The notes beneath the pieces were generated by a model that did no database searches, was not told the origin of the DNA, and was given only the letters and a program-made list of their open reading frames with translations. A stretch of 63,364 bases of DNA, counting the filler. It is 4 parts of 4 records of this genome, joined end to end, with 100 filler letters (N's around TTAATTAATTAA, not from the genome) between each part and the next. Parts side by side here need not be neighbours in the genome. Positions count along the whole stretch, not along the records: positions 1 to 13,266 come from SRR20825019_1407; positions 13,367 to 34,939 come from SRR20825019_1411; 2 more parts are not named here. One strand, given 5' to 3'. A program made the position numbers and the translations under genes. Of the stretch, positions 9,322 to 20,059 are shown one piece after another. Position 1 is the stretch's first letter; each line of letters begins with the position of its first letter.

Positions 9322-11244
9322 TTAATATTTAAATGTAAGTATTAAACTAAAAATAATAGAAATAAATATGGCAGGATATAAAGTATAAATATATATACTT
9401 CCTTGCTGACTTTTTGATATAATCATCCCACCAATAGAAACAATTTTTCTAAGTAAATTTGAACTAAAATTTTCAATGATATTTTTTTCAAAAAAAGGAT
9501 ATAAAATCCTTGAGAAAAAATTTAAACTAGATTTAAAAATAAAATTATATATTTCATCAAAATATAACATATTTTTAAATGATAATTTAATTAATCTAGG
9601 TACTAATTTAGAGATTATTTCTATATTAAATTTATATATTAAAATAGAAATAAATACCCCAAAAAATGATGCAAATATAGGTATATAACCAATCAATAAG
9701 TTATAATGATGATAATTAGCATGATTTATATTTATTTTGTTACTTTCAATATCTAAATTTAATAAATTAAAATTCATATATTTTATTCCTATATAACCGC
9801 TTATAATACTAAGCATGCTTAAAATAACTAAAGGAATAGACATTCCTAAATTAACTTCCTTAATTTTGTTAAAAATATTATCATTTATAGCAGTTTTTCC
9901 TAAAAATATTTTTATTAACATTTTAAAAGAATAAATGGCAGTAAAAAAAACACCTAAATTACACATTATAAATGCCAAATTTTTAAAATAATTATTACTT
10001 TCATATAAAAGCTCAATAATTAAATCTTTTGAGTAATATCCTGCAAAAGGATAGATTCCAGATAATGCTAGAATTCCAATTAAAAATATAATAAAACTAA
10101 ATTTCATTTTATTTCTTAAACCTCCTATACTATCTATATTTTGTATATGAGTTCTATATATGATGTTTCCTGCTGCTAAAAATAATAACGATTTAAAAAA
10201 TGCATGTGTAAAAAGATGGAATAAAGCTAATTGATGTTTCATAATAGAGCATGCAATAAACATATATCCAAGTTGGCTAGTTGTTGAAAATGCAATAATT
10301 TTTTTAATATCTTTAACAGTACATGCAATTAATGACATTAGTAAAATAGTAATTGAAGAAATAATCATGATAATATTTTGAGTAATAGGTGCATTATCAA
10401 ATAAAAAACTGCATCTTATAATTAAAAATACTCCAGCTGTAACCATAGTAGCTGCATGAATTAAAGCTGAAACCGGAGTAGGTCCCTGCATAGCATCAGG
10501 AAGCCATATATGAAGTCCTAATTGAGCGGATTTTCCAGCGCATCCAATAAATAACAAAATACAAATTATCTCCAAAAGATTAATTTCAAATAATTTAAAT
10601 ATTAGAAATTTAATGGATAATAAATACTGAATTGAGTATTTAACAGATAGAAAATCAGTTGATTTACAGTAACATAATATAATTGTTATTGCCATGATAA
10701 AAGAATAGTCAGCTATCCTATTTACAATAAAAGCTTTATTTGCAGCATTTGCTGAATTATTTTTAGTATACCAAAAACCAATAAGTAAATAAGAGCATAA
10801 CCCGACTCCTTCCCACCCAAAAAACATTTGAAGAAAATTGTCAGAACATACTAAAGAAAGCATAAAAAAGCTAAAAAAAAGCAAATATGCATAGTAAATA
10901 TTAATATTTTTATCATCCCTCATATAATAATAAGAATAATAATACACACAGAAAGAAACAGAACTAACTATTAAAAACATAATAGATACAAGCTTATCTA
11001 TATAGATAGACCAATATATTTTTAATTCTCTTAGATCTATCCAATTATATTTAGTATAATCTTTAAATGATTGTCCGTTATCAAGCATTTGATAAACTAA
11101 AATTGAACAAACTAAGGAAAGAAATATTGATGATATCGATATAAAAGATGATATCTTAATATTTAAATTATTCTTAAATAGCCATACAAAAACTCCTGCC
11201 AATAAGGGGGCAAATAAAATTATTGATGGTAATATATTGTGCAT
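9322..11244 (-). CDS. nuoL: NADH-quinone oxidoreductase subunit L
   Basis: GWEGVGLCSYLLIGFW, GKSAQLGLHIWLPDAMQGPTPVSALIHAATMVTAG. Confidence 0.96.
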   Translation of the reverse strand: MHNILPSIILFAPLLAGVFVWLFKNNLNIKISSFISISSIFLSLVCSILVYQMLDNGQSFKDYTKYNWIDLRELKIYWSIYIDKLVSIMFLIVSSVSFCVYYYSYYYMRDDKNINIYYAYLLFFSFFMLSLVCSDNFLQMFFGWEGVGLCSYLLIGFWYTKNNSANAANKAFIVNRIADYSFIMAITIILCYCKSTDFLSVKYSIQYLLSIKFLIFKLFEINLLEIICILLFIGCAGKSAQLGLHIWLPDAMQGPTPVSALIHAATMVTAGVFLIIRCSFLFDNAPITQNIIMIISSITILLMSLIACTVKDIKKIIAFSTTSQLGYMFIACSIMKHQLALFHLFTHAFFKSLLFLAAGNIIYRTHIQNIDSIGGLRNKMKFSFIIFLIGILALSGIYPFAGYYSKDLIIELLYESNNYFKNLAFIMCNLGVFFTAIYSFKMLIKIFLGKTAINDNIFNKIKEVNLGMSIPLVILSMLSIISGYIGIKYMNFNLLNLDIESNKININHANYHHYNLLIGYIPIFASFFGVFISILIYKFNIEIISKLVPRLIKLSFKNMLYFDEIYNFIFKSSLNFFSRILYPFFEKNIIENFSSNLLRKIVSIGGMIISKSQQGSIYIYTLYPAIFISIIFSLILTFKY

Positions 11245-11256
11245 TTAATCTTATTA

Positions 11257-11580
11257 TTAACCTTTTAAATTTTTTATCTCAGTAATTTCTATAGTTTTTA
11301 AATTTCTATAACAAACAACAAAAATAGCTAGCGCAACAGCAGCTTCAGCTGCTGCAATTGCAATATTAAAAATAGTAAATATCCTACCTTGATTATCATT
11401 TAAAAAATGAGAGAAAGAAACAAAATTAATATTTGTTGATAGCAACATTAACTCAAGAGACATAAGGGTTACTATTAGATTTTTTCTATTAATAAGAACT
11501 CCAAGAAATCCGATACAAAATATAATACAAGATAAAAATACAAAATGTATAAGCTTAATTTCTCCTGAAAAATCAAACAT
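11257..11580 (-). CDS. nuoK: NADH-quinone oxidoreductase subunit K
   Basis: NRKNLI..LMSLELML, AAAEAAVALAI. Confidence 0.95.
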   Translation of the reverse strand: MFDFSGEIKLIHFVFLSCIIFCIGFLGVLINRKNLIVTLMSLELMLLSTNINFVSFSHFLNDNQGRIFTIFNIAIAAAEAAVALAIFVVCYRNLKTIEITEIKNLKG

Positions 11581-12172
11581 CTACTCCCTCATTAAAGTTT
11601 ACTTTCTTTATTTCGAGGGTAGAATCAATTTTTTTATAATTTTGATTCATAATTACCTGTTTTTTTACTCCAGTTCTTTTTCTACTAGTGATTAATATAC
11701 TTCCTATCATAGATGAAAGTAATATTATTCCGACTATTTGAAATGGAAGAAAAAAATCTGTAAAAAGTATATTTCCTATTGATTTAACAATCTCTCTTTG
11801 GTTTTCTATAGGATATGAAGGAGCGTGAATTAAAAATTTCCTAAAACCTATTCTTAGAATAAAAAACATATTCATAATAATAGAAAATATAACAATACAT
11901 GATAAAGAAACTAATTTTCTATCATATTTATAACTATTCTTGTTTTTAGAGACCATCATAACTACAAATAAGAATAATACTGAAATTGCTCCAACATAAA
12001 CTATTAGCATAAGCATCGCCATATATTCCTCTTCAAGAAATAAAAATAATATAGAACATATAACAAAGGTAAAAATTAGCCATAATACTGAGTAAACTGG
12101 GTTTTTTGAGATTACTACATTTACTGATCCAATAATCATTAAAAGTGATATAAAATAAAATATATATTCCAT
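11573..12172 (-). CDS. nuoJ: NADH-quinone oxidoreductase subunit J
   Basis: KNPVYSVLWLI, IVYVGAISVLFLFVVMM. Confidence 0.95.
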   Translation of the reverse strand: MEYIFYFISLLMIIGSVNVVISKNPVYSVLWLIFTFVICSILFLFLEEEYMAMLMLIVYVGAISVLFLFVVMMVSKNKNSYKYDRKLVSLSCIVIFSIIMNMFFILRIGFRKFLIHAPSYPIENQREIVKSIGNILFTDFFLPFQIVGIILLSSMIGSILITSRKRTGVKKQVIMNQNYKKIDSTLEIKKVNFNEGVDV

Positions 12173-12173
12173 G

Positions 12174-12656
12174 TTATTTATATTTGTAATCTAATTTTAA
12201 TTTACTATCTATTTGTTGTTCCCAAATATCACCATTTTTTAAAAGTTTTTCTTTGTTATATAGTAATTCTTGATGAGTATATGTTGCAAATTCAAGATTT
12301 GGACCTTCAACTATTGCATCAACTGGACATGCTTCTTGGCACAAACCACAATAAATGCATTTAGTCATGTCTATATCATATTTAGTAGTTTTTCTTGCTC
12401 CATTTTCATTTTCTTCTGATTCTATATATATTGCTTGAGCTGGACATACAGCCTCGCATAACTTACAAGCTATACATCTCTCTTCACCGCTTGGATATCT
12501 TCTAAGAGCATGTTCACCTTTAAATCTAGGATTAATTTTACTTTTAACATAAGGATAATTAATAGTAACTTTAGGTTTAAAAAAATATTTTAAAGTCAGT
12601 AGCATTCCTTTTAATATTTCATATAAGGTAAATGATTTGATAAAATTAAAAATCAT
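12174..12656 (-). CDS. nuoI: NADH-quinone oxidoreductase subunit I
   Basis: Two 4Fe-4S motifs: [12 protein letters not shown] and [12 protein letters not shown]. Confidence 0.97.
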   Translation of the reverse strand: MIFNFIKSFTLYEILKGMLLTLKYFFKPKVTINYPYVKSKINPRFKGEHALRRYPSGEERCIACKLCEAVCPAQAIYIESEENENGARKTTKYDIDMTKCIYCGLCQEACPVDAIVEGPNLEFATYTHQELLYNKEKLLKNGDIWEQQIDSKLKLDYKYK

Positions 12657-12662
12657 ATTTTT

Positions 12663-13266
12663 CTATGTAATTATATTAGTCTTTAAAAATAAATATGAAA
12701 TAATAACAACCCAAAGCAAAGTAAAAGGCAAGAATATCTTCCATCCGAGCCTCATTAGTTGATCATATCTAAATCTAGGTGTTGTAGCTCTTATCCATAA
12801 AAAACAGAATAATATCATATATATCTTAGATATAAACCAAAATATTGGAGGCATAAAATCTAAACAGTCTAAATTAAATGGAGGTAAATATCCACCTAAA
12901 AAAAATATGGTTGTTATTGCTGAAACTAGTATCATATTTGCATATTCTGCCAAGAAAAATAATGCAAAACTCATTGAAGAATATTCAACATTATATCCAG
13001 CAACTAGTTCTGCTTCAGCTTCAGGGAGATCAAATGGATGACGGTTAGTTTCTGCTAGAACCGATATAAAAAATACTATGCCAAGTGGAATTAACATTAT
13101 TTCTAGCCATAAAGGTCTATATTTTGATGATTCAACAATTTCTGATAGATTTAAACTTCCAGATATTAATAAAATACATATAACTATAATACCCATAGAA
13201 ATTTCATAAGAAATCATTTGTGCTGAAGATCTTATAGCTCCTAAAAATGCATATTTAGAATTACTT
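12663..13266 (-). CDS. nuoH: NADH-quinone oxidoreductase subunit H, 5'-truncated at contig edge
   Basis: [21 protein letters not shown]...[21 protein letters not shown]...PRFRYDQLM; the frame is open to the gap. Confidence 0.95.
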
Positions 13267-13366
13267 NNNNNNNNNNNNNNNNNNNNNNNNNNNNNNNNNN
13301 NNNNNNNNNNTTAATTAATTAANNNNNNNNNNNNNNNNNNNNNNNNNNNNNNNNNNNNNNNNNNNN
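13267..13366. other. Artificial contig spacer (N44-TTAATTAATTAA-N44)
   Basis: Six-frame-stop linker inside N runs; base composition changes abruptly across it. Confidence 0.98.
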
Positions 13367-13420
13367 TCCGCCATCCATGGCTCCGCACAGTTTCGGAAAA
13401 GCCTTCCCATTTACCCCTTC
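13367..13420. repeat. Possible fragment of a Marinobacter-type intergenic REP/MITE-like repeat at the contig edge
   Basis: TCCGCCATCCATGGCTCCGCACAGTTTCGGAAAAGCC resembles a dispersed repeat I recall from Marinobacter genomes. A contig break inside it fits a multicopy element, but only one copy is visible here. Confidence 0.4.
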
Positions 13421-13438
13421 GAACTTTGGTGATGCTTC

Positions 13439-14071
13439 ATGAATGTTTTAAGTGGTGGAAAACTGAAGCTGATTCAGGCGGCGCTCAGGTTGATTACCCA
13501 GAGCCGCAGCCTGACATCTCTCGGTCTCCGGGAACTGGCCCGTGAGGCCGGACTGAATCCCAATACTTTTTATCGGCACTTCAAGAATCTGGACGAGTTC
13601 GGTCTGCAGGTACTTGGGTACATTGCCGAAGACATGAAAGCCGGCGTGCGGGAGTTGCGGCGGATGGCGGAGTCGTCGGAGCAGGCGTCCCACGATACGG
13701 TGACGTTTGTTTACCACTACTTCCTGGCCAACCCGGCAGCGACGACCGTGGCGGTGCGGGAGCTTCACGGGCCGTCGGCTTTGTTGCGCAGGGCGCTTGA
13801 GGCGCAGTTGGATGCCAGCGCGCGCGAGATGGCGGAGGATATTATCGAGCGGCGGCTGGTCAGTGCTGTGCCGACGGAGACGATTCATGAGATTTCCCGC
13901 ATGACCATTCGCTATATCCTTTTCAGGGCAATGGATTACATCGAGAAACCGGCGCAGCGGGCAATGATCCAACATGAAACCGAGCGGTTTATCAACCGCC
14001 AGTTTCGGGGGGCAATGCTGGATGGGCTGGCCGAAAGTGAGGTACAGGCACTGTTAGAGAAGGACCTCTAA
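13439..14071 (+). CDS. TetR-family transcriptional regulator (FabR/DesT-like)
   Basis: N-terminal HTH SLGLRELAREAGLNPNTFYRHFKNLDE. Confidence 0.88.
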   Translation: MNVLSGGKLKLIQAALRLITQSRSLTSLGLRELAREAGLNPNTFYRHFKNLDEFGLQVLGYIAEDMKAGVRELRRMAESSEQASHDTVTFVYHYFLANPAATTVAVRELHGPSALLRRALEAQLDASAREMAEDIIERRLVSAVPTETIHEISRMTIRYILFRAMDYIEKPAQRAMIQHETERFINRQFRGAMLDGLAESEVQALLEKDL

Positions 14072-14215
14072 CGGGCTTATTATTTTTTTCGTTTTACCTT
14101 TCCGTTTTTTCGCTTTGTTCGTTTTTAGGAAAACCTTTGTAAATCTGTTAGCGTCTACTTATAAGTAAAAACCGAGATTTTCAGTGAATCGGTCATTCCG
14201 GAGGACGTACTTACA

Positions 14216-15793
14216 ATGAAGATCGGTATCCCCAGGGAGATTTTCGAGGATGAACGACGGGTAGCGGCAACGCCGCCCTCGGTGCATAAGCTGATAGGCC
14301 TTGGCTATGAGGTGATGGTCGAAGCCGGTGCGGGTGAGGCCGCGAATTACACGGACGACGCCTACGAAAAAGTGGGCGCTAACATTGCGGCGGACACCAA
14401 ATCGCTTTGGCAGGACGCAGATTTTATCCTCAAGGTTCGCGCGCCGATGAAAAACCCTTCGCTCAAGAAACACGAAGTGGATCTGATGAAGGAAGGGGCG
14501 TTCCTGGTCAGCTACCTGTGGCCAGCGCAGAATCCCGAGCTGCTGGAGAAACTGGCGGCCAAAAAGATTACTTCCTTCGCCATCGATAGCCTGCCCCGCA
14601 TCAGTCGTGCCCAGAAGATGGACGCCTTGAGCGCCATGGCCAATATTGCCGGCTACCGCGCGGTGATTGAGGCGGCCAATAACTTCGGGCGGTTCTTTAC
14701 CGGCCAGGTGACGGCGGCTGGCAAGGTACCACCGGCGAAGATCATGGTGATCGGGGCCGGCGTCGCTGGCCTCGCTGCAATCGGCGCCGCAAACAGCATG
14801 GGCGCCATTGTGCGGGCGTTTGATACCCGTCTGGAAGTGAAAGAACAGGTTGAAAGCATGGGCGCCGAGTTCCTGGTGCTGGATTTCGACGACGAGGACG
14901 GCAGCGGTGGCGGCGGCTACGCCAAGCAGATGAGCGACGAGTTCATCAAGGCGGAGATGGCGCTGTTCGCGGAACAGGCCGAAGAGGTGGATATCATCAT
15001 CACCACTGCCCTGATTCCCGGCAAGCCTGCGCCCAAGCTGATCACCGCCGATATGGTGAAATCCATGAAACCCGGCAGTGTGATTGTCGATCTGGCGTCG
15101 GAACGCGGGGGCAACTGCGAGCTGACGGAGCCCGGCAAGGTCGCTCACCATCATGGCGTAACGCTGATTGGCTACACCGATCTGCCCAGCCGTATGGCCA
15201 AGGTGGCCAGCGATCTCTATGCCACTAACCTGGTACACCTGATCACTGAACTGACACCAGAGAAAGACGGCCAGCCCCAGGTCAACATGGAAGACGATGT
15301 GATCCGTGGCCTGACGGTGGTGCGGGAGAACGACGTTACCTGGCCACCACCTCAACCGGAAGCGCCGGTCAGCCCCAAGCCGGCGCCCGGCACTGAAGAA
15401 CCCACGGCTGCCGACAAGGAGGCCGCGAGGCAAGACGCCAAACGCCGCAGCCAGTTTGGCAAGGGCGCGCTGCTGCTGGTCACGGCCCTGGCGCTCTACG
15501 GGGTTGGTGCCCATGCGCCGGAAAGCTTCCTGCAGCACTTCACGGTGTTTGTCCTGTCCTGCTTTATCGGCTGGCAGGTTATCTGGAACGTGACGCCGTC
15601 CCTGCATACGCCTCTGATGAGCGTGACCAACGCCATCAGCGGCATCATTGTGATCGGTGCCATTCTCCACCTGGCCCAGGCGGAGAATCTGGCCGTTGGC
15701 ATCATGGCCTTTTTCGCGGTGCTGATTGCCAGCATCAACGTGGGGGGCGGCTTCCGGGTCACCCATCGCATGCTCAAAATGTTTCGCAAGTAG
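14216..15793 (+). CDS. pntA: NAD(P) transhydrogenase subunit alpha
   Basis: [51 protein letters not shown]. Confidence 0.97.
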   Translation: MKIGIPREIFEDERRVAATPPSVHKLIGLGYEVMVEAGAGEAANYTDDAYEKVGANIAADTKSLWQDADFILKVRAPMKNPSLKKHEVDLMKEGAFLVSYLWPAQNPELLEKLAAKKITSFAIDSLPRISRAQKMDALSAMANIAGYRAVIEAANNFGRFFTGQVTAAGKVPPAKIMVIGAGVAGLAAIGAANSMGAIVRAFDTRLEVKEQVESMGAEFLVLDFDDEDGSGGGGYAKQMSDEFIKAEMALFAEQAEEVDIIITTALIPGKPAPKLITADMVKSMKPGSVIVDLASERGGNCELTEPGKVAHHHGVTLIGYTDLPSRMAKVASDLYATNLVHLITELTPEKDGQPQVNMEDDVIRGLTVVRENDVTWPPPQPEAPVSPKPAPGTEEPTAADKEAARQDAKRRSQFGKGALLLVTALALYGVGAHAPESFLQHFTVFVLSCFIGWQVIWNVTPSLHTPLMSVTNAISGIIVIGAILHLAQAENLAVGIMAFFAVLIASINVGGGFRVTHRMLKMFRK

Positions 15794-15805
15794 GAGGCGC
15801 CCGAT

Positions 15806-17197
15806 ATGAGCACAGGATTGGTGAGCGTGGCCTACGTGGTCGCAAGTATCTGTTTTATCCTCAGCCTGGGTGGCCTTAGCCATCAGGAATCCGCCCGGCG
15901 CGGGAACCTTTATGGTGTCGCCGGCATCATCATCGCTGTTGGCGCCACCCTGGCCAGCGTGGACGGTGGTGTTATCGCGATCGTGATTGCGGTGCTGCTG
16001 GGCGCCGGTATTGGTATCCCCATCGCCAACAAGGTGGAAATGACCCAGATGCCGCAACTGGTTGCCTTGCTGCACAGTTTTGTGGGCCTGGCGGCGGTAT
16101 TGGTCGGTTTCTCAGGCTATATCGAGCCCCTGGTAGCCACCATGGGTGCCGAACACACCATCAAGCTGGTGGAAGTGTTTGTCGGTATCTTTATCGGCGC
16201 CGTGACCTTCACCGGGTCGCTGGTGGCCTGCGGCAAACTGGATGGCCGCATCGACAGCAAAGCCCTGACCCTGCCGGGCCGACACCTGATGAACCTGGTG
16301 GCCATCATTGCCTGCGTATTGCTGGGTGCCTGGTTCCTCGGTACCGACAGCATGGCGCTGGGGCTGATTTCCCTTGTCATCATGACGGTCATCGCCTCGG
16401 TGCTCGGCATTCACCTGATCATGGCCATCGGTGGTGCCGACATGCCGGTGGTGGTGTCCATGCTCAACAGCTACTCCGGTTGGGCGGCGGCCTCTATCGG
16501 GTTCATGCTGGGTAATGACCTGCTGATTGTGGTGGGTGCCCTGGTAGGCAGCAGCGGTGCCATCCTCAGCTACATCATGTGCAAGGCTATGAACCGGTCG
16601 TTTATCAGCGTCATCCTGGGCGGCTTCGGCCAGACCAGCAGCAGCTCAAGCGCGGCCGATACTGACCAGTCTGTCTATGAGTCCTCCGCGGATGATGTGT
16701 GCGAGGAACTGCGCAATGCCGATTCAGTGATTATCGTGCCGGGTTACGGAATGGCTGTGGCGCAGGCCCAGAACGGCGTCAGCGAAATGACGAAAATCCT
16801 GCGGGACCGTGGCGTCAACGTGCGTTTCGGCATTCACCCTGTGGCGGGTCGCCTGCCCGGACACATGAACGTGTTGCTCGCCGAGGCCCATGTGCCCTAT
16901 GACATCGTGCTGGAAATGGACGAAATCAACGACGATTTCCCAAGCACCGATGTGGTGCTGGTTATCGGTGCCAACGACACCGTAAACCCGGCCGCCGCCG
17001 AAGACCCGGGCAGCCCGATTGCCGGTATGCCGGTGCTTGAGGTGTGGAAAGCGCGCCAGGTGGTTGTCCTCAAGCGGGGCATGGCCACGGGTTATTCAGG
17101 CGTGGAAAACCCGCTGTTCTTCAAAGACAACACCCGCATGCTGTTTGGCGATGCCAAGGAAAGCATCGACAAGCTGGTTGGTGGGTTAAGGGGCTGA
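15806..17197 (+). CDS. pntB: NAD(P) transhydrogenase subunit beta
   Basis: [45 protein letters not shown]. Confidence 0.97.
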   Translation: MSTGLVSVAYVVASICFILSLGGLSHQESARRGNLYGVAGIIIAVGATLASVDGGVIAIVIAVLLGAGIGIPIANKVEMTQMPQLVALLHSFVGLAAVLVGFSGYIEPLVATMGAEHTIKLVEVFVGIFIGAVTFTGSLVACGKLDGRIDSKALTLPGRHLMNLVAIIACVLLGAWFLGTDSMALGLISLVIMTVIASVLGIHLIMAIGGADMPVVVSMLNSYSGWAAASIGFMLGNDLLIVVGALVGSSGAILSYIMCKAMNRSFISVILGGFGQTSSSSSAADTDQSVYESSADDVCEELRNADSVIIVPGYGMAVAQAQNGVSEMTKILRDRGVNVRFGIHPVAGRLPGHMNVLLAEAHVPYDIVLEMDEINDDFPSTDVVLVIGANDTVNPAAAEDPGSPIAGMPVLEVWKARQVVVLKRGMATGYSGVENPLFFKDNTRMLFGDAKESIDKLVGGLRG

Positions 17198-18337
17198 TTC
17201 TTCAGCCCCGGATTCCTTCTCAAAAAACCGCTCAATCTGCCGGGACTGGCTCTGGCCGTCCCGGTAGCCCAGCTCAATCAAATCGCGACAGAAGCGTTTG
17301 TCGAACAGCAGGAAGCTGGCGAGATTGGCGCTGGAAAAAGGCGCGTTGTCCGAAGCACCGGTCAACCGTCGCAACACCAGCGGCATGGCGTCAATGTATT
17401 TCATGGCGATTTCGTTGATGGGCTCGGAAGGGGAAATTTCCAGAATATCCACCGGGTTCAGGTCCAGCCCCGACTCCTTCAGTTTTTTCTCGGGGATCAG
17501 TTCCAGCAACTGGTTGATCAGCCGTGAGCGATCGATGTCGTAATCCAGCGTATCCAGGAACATGCCGTTGAACACGTGGGCCAGTACCTGGGTCAGCGTT
17601 GGCATACCGGGTTTTTCCGGGCGCCTGGACGGGCACATCGCGTTGGCACTAACCCCGATCACCAGCACCTTGCGTGCACCCAGTCGCAATGCCGGACTGA
17701 TGTGGGCCATCTGGCGGGTCACGCCATCACCAAAGTACTCGCGGTTGATCTTCACCGGCGCAAACAGAGTGGGAATAGCCGCAGACGCCATGATGTGGTC
17801 CACTGCCAACTCTGTGCGGGTGCCACCACGCTGTCCGATCGACCAGCCTTGCAGCCCTTCAGCCCCTTCAAAGAAACACACATTCTGGCCAGTCGCGTAA
17901 CCGCAGGCATTCAGGCCCACAGCGTCGATGTGGCCCTCCTGAATGGTTTGCCGAATGCTCTGCAGGTCGATCTCCCGCTCCAGCAATTCCCGCAGTGGCG
18001 AATTATCCAGAAAGGAAACCGGCCCGCTCTCAATGGGGCGACTGATCATCTTGCGGGCGATGGCGCTGAAGCTGCGCATCAGGCTAAAGGTATCCGCCCG
18101 GAATACCCGGTCCATGGTCAGTTCCGACCAGACTTTATCGAGATGATCAATACTGTGGCGAAACAGCCCCCGGTTACCGGCAAGGGCCATGGCATTGATC
18201 GCCCCGGCCGAGGTACCGATAATGACATTGAACGGGTGGTTCCAGTCCGGATACATGTCAGCGATAGCGCGAAGCACGCCGACCTGATACGCCGCCCGCG
18301 CGCCACCGCCGGTGAGAATGACACCGTTCTTTGTCAT
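17186..18337 (-). CDS. Patatin-like phospholipase
   Basis: [16 protein letters not shown] nucleophile, ASAAIP..F, DG motif. Start reassigned to MTKNGVIL at 18337; 3' end overlaps pntB by 12 nt. Confidence 0.9.
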   Translation of the reverse strand: MTKNGVILTGGGARAAYQVGVLRAIADMYPDWNHPFNVIIGTSAGAINAMALAGNRGLFRHSIDHLDKVWSELTMDRVFRADTFSLMRSFSAIARKMISRPIESGPVSFLDNSPLRELLEREIDLQSIRQTIQEGHIDAVGLNACGYATGQNVCFFEGAEGLQGWSIGQRGGTRTELAVDHIMASAAIPTLFAPVKINREYFGDGVTRQMAHISPALRLGARKVLVIGVSANAMCPSRRPEKPGMPTLTQVLAHVFNGMFLDTLDYDIDRSRLINQLLELIPEKKLKESGLDLNPVDILEISPSEPINEIAMKYIDAMPLVLRRLTGASDNAPFSSANLASFLLFDKRFCRDLIELGYRDGQSQSRQIERFFEKESGAEESAP

Positions 18338-18368
18338 GAAACCATTCCGTTTTGAACAGTGCCTCGCA

Positions 18369-18911
18369 TCAGGCCTGTTTGATCTTATGCCGACGCCGGC
18401 CGGCAAACGGATTGTTAATGCTGGAATCCTTGCCCTGCAACTTGGCCTCGGGGTGGTTCTTCGCCATCAGTTCCTTGACCTTGGGAATGTGGTCCTTCGG
18501 GGCATCCACCATGATCAGGTACTTCCCTGCCTCAATATCATGATGGAACGGCTCGATACGGTAGTTTTCACTCTGGATACCACCAAAGCCACCAACCCAG
18601 GCGCCCGCTACCACCACAAAGATAAACAGGGCGATCCAGGCGGCCGCCGGCATGTTCAGAACTTCCAGCAAGGCCAACGGTACAAGGAAGGCCAGCGCCA
18701 GCACAAAGCCGGCTATGGCGCCGCGCTCCACGTACCTGGGCAGATCCGTTCGGTCCAGGATGGACGCGGTGTGTAACTGGTGAGTGTAGAGGCCGGCCTC
18801 GTCCTTGCTGACAATGTGGAAGCGCCAGTCAGTGACGTCGTGCTCGTGAAGGTCGTCGGAGATTTCTTTTGCACTGTCAATCGAAGATACCAGATAGAAT
18901 AAACGTATCAT
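18369..18911 (-). CDS. Hypothetical membrane protein with two TM helices
   Basis: Start MIRLFYLV preceded by AGGAG; central hydrophobic hairpin; C-terminal IEAGKYLIMVD. Confidence 0.7.
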   Translation of the reverse strand: MIRLFYLVSSIDSAKEISDDLHEHDVTDWRFHIVSKDEAGLYTHQLHTASILDRTDLPRYVERGAIAGFVLALAFLVPLALLEVLNMPAAAWIALFIFVVVAGAWVGGFGGIQSENYRIEPFHHDIEAGKYLIMVDAPKDHIPKVKELMAKNHPEAKLQGKDSSINNPFAGRRRHKIKQA

Positions 18912-18999
18912 GGTGTTTCTCCTCTTTCGCCTGTGAATGAGGCGTTCTTCTACTGACAATTTAGTTCATAACCCCCGACTTTACGTAATCTGGCCTTAT

Positions 19000-19593
19000 T
19001 CAGCTGCCGATGGTTCGCACCAACATCACCGGCCCCGCCAGCGAAACACCCCAGGCAAGCACGGCAAGGAGACCATCTTTCGAGATCATCGCAAGGCCGA
19101 ATGTCATCAGCGCCACGCCAGCAATACTGGCACTGAATGGCACGAGCTCCGTCGCCGGCATCACGATCGCAATCACCATGCACGCAAGCGCCATGGCGTA
19201 GAGGCCAGGACCCTTGACGAGGAAAGTGAATCTCGGGCGTATCAGGCGGTCGATCCGCCGTGCGGCCGGGCGCAGTAAATGGAGCCCCTTTACAAGCTTC
19301 TGGCGGGGAACCTGACGCCGGAGCAACAAGCTGGGCAGCCAGAACTGGGTCCGACCCAACAGAACCTGCCCCAACGTCAGCAGTGTGAGCAGGCCCAACA
19401 GGGTCGGCATTCCCGGCACGCCACTGAGGGGCGTCACCAGAATAAGGCCAACCAGAAGCACCAGCGGCCCAAAGGTCCGGCGCCCGACTGCATCCATCAT
19501 TTCACCGATGGAAACGTGAGAACGACCAGCGGCCCCTGCTTCTATCCGGTCCAGTAACTGTTCGATATCCGCCGGATCACCCTGGTCATCCAT
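19000..19593 (-). CDS. ExoD-family exopolysaccharide biosynthesis membrane protein
   Basis: GRRTFGPLVLLVGLI..TPLSG.PG, ELVPF, KDGL motifs. Confidence 0.85.
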   Translation of the reverse strand: MDDQGDPADIEQLLDRIEAGAAGRSHVSIGEMMDAVGRRTFGPLVLLVGLILVTPLSGVPGMPTLLGLLTLLTLGQVLLGRTQFWLPSLLLRRQVPRQKLVKGLHLLRPAARRIDRLIRPRFTFLVKGPGLYAMALACMVIAIVMPATELVPFSASIAGVALMTFGLAMISKDGLLAVLAWGVSLAGPVMLVRTIGS

Positions 19594-19618
19594 TCACCAG
19601 CCTCCGGAAATCTGATCG

Positions 19619-19930
19619 TTACTTGGTCGTGTTGTAGACGTAGGAAGACACTGTGCCATCTTCGTTGAATCGCACCACCAGGTCCGTTGTCTCGGCGTCA
19701 CCGAAAGCAGACCAGCGATACTTGCCGTAGGTCCAGGTGCGCTTGCCATCCTCGATACCGGTGCGCCAGGGCTCACCAAACATCTCCTGGATATCGGCCC
19801 GGGTGGTATCGCCGATCTCGATCTGGTCAACGTTATGGGTGGCAAAGTCCTGGCCGACCGTGGCGCAGCCGGCCATAACCAGAGTCAACGCAAGCAGGAC
19901 AATGGCTGAAAGAGAAGTTACAGACTTCAT
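19619..19930 (-). CDS. Small lipoprotein with SmpA/OmlA (BamE-like) domain
   Basis: Lipobox MAGC; IEIGDTTRADIQEMFGEP...WTY...LVVRFNEDGTV. Confidence 0.8.
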   Translation of the reverse strand: MKSVTSLSAIVLLALTLVMAGCATVGQDFATHNVDQIEIGDTTRADIQEMFGEPWRTGIEDGKRTWTYGKYRWSAFGDAETTDLVVRFNEDGTVSSYVYNTTK

Positions 19931-20010
19931 GGTGTATCCCTTTAGTTGAAAACAAGAGCATTAATCATACGGGTTTCGGCAACAGGTTAAATTACAGCCC
20001 GGACAGACAC

Positions 20011-20038
20011 AAAAAAGCCCCGGTGTCTCGCCGGGGCC
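20011..20038 (-). terminator. Rho-independent terminator after the OYE gene
   Basis: GCCCCGG/CCGGGGC stem followed by a U-run on the minus strand. Confidence 0.75.
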
Positions 20039-20059
20039 TATCGTCAACGCCTTCTCTGA

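Noticed and set aside
6312-13266. Possible mitochondrial origin of the AT-rich nuo cluster
   Set aside because: Adjacent birA, ankyrin genes, IS remnants, bacterial operon order and the standard code point to a bacterium.
13311-13322. TTAATTAATTAA palindrome recurring three times
   Set aside because: Assembly linker within N runs, not biological.
14159-16075. 638-aa antisense ORF over pntA/pntB, and similar long shadow ORFs (17576-18355, 22312-23025, 23637-24755, 25037-25927, 62457-63260)
   Set aside because: They lie opposite well-conserved genes in GC-rich DNA and have no recognisable motifs; typical antisense shadows of biased codon usage.
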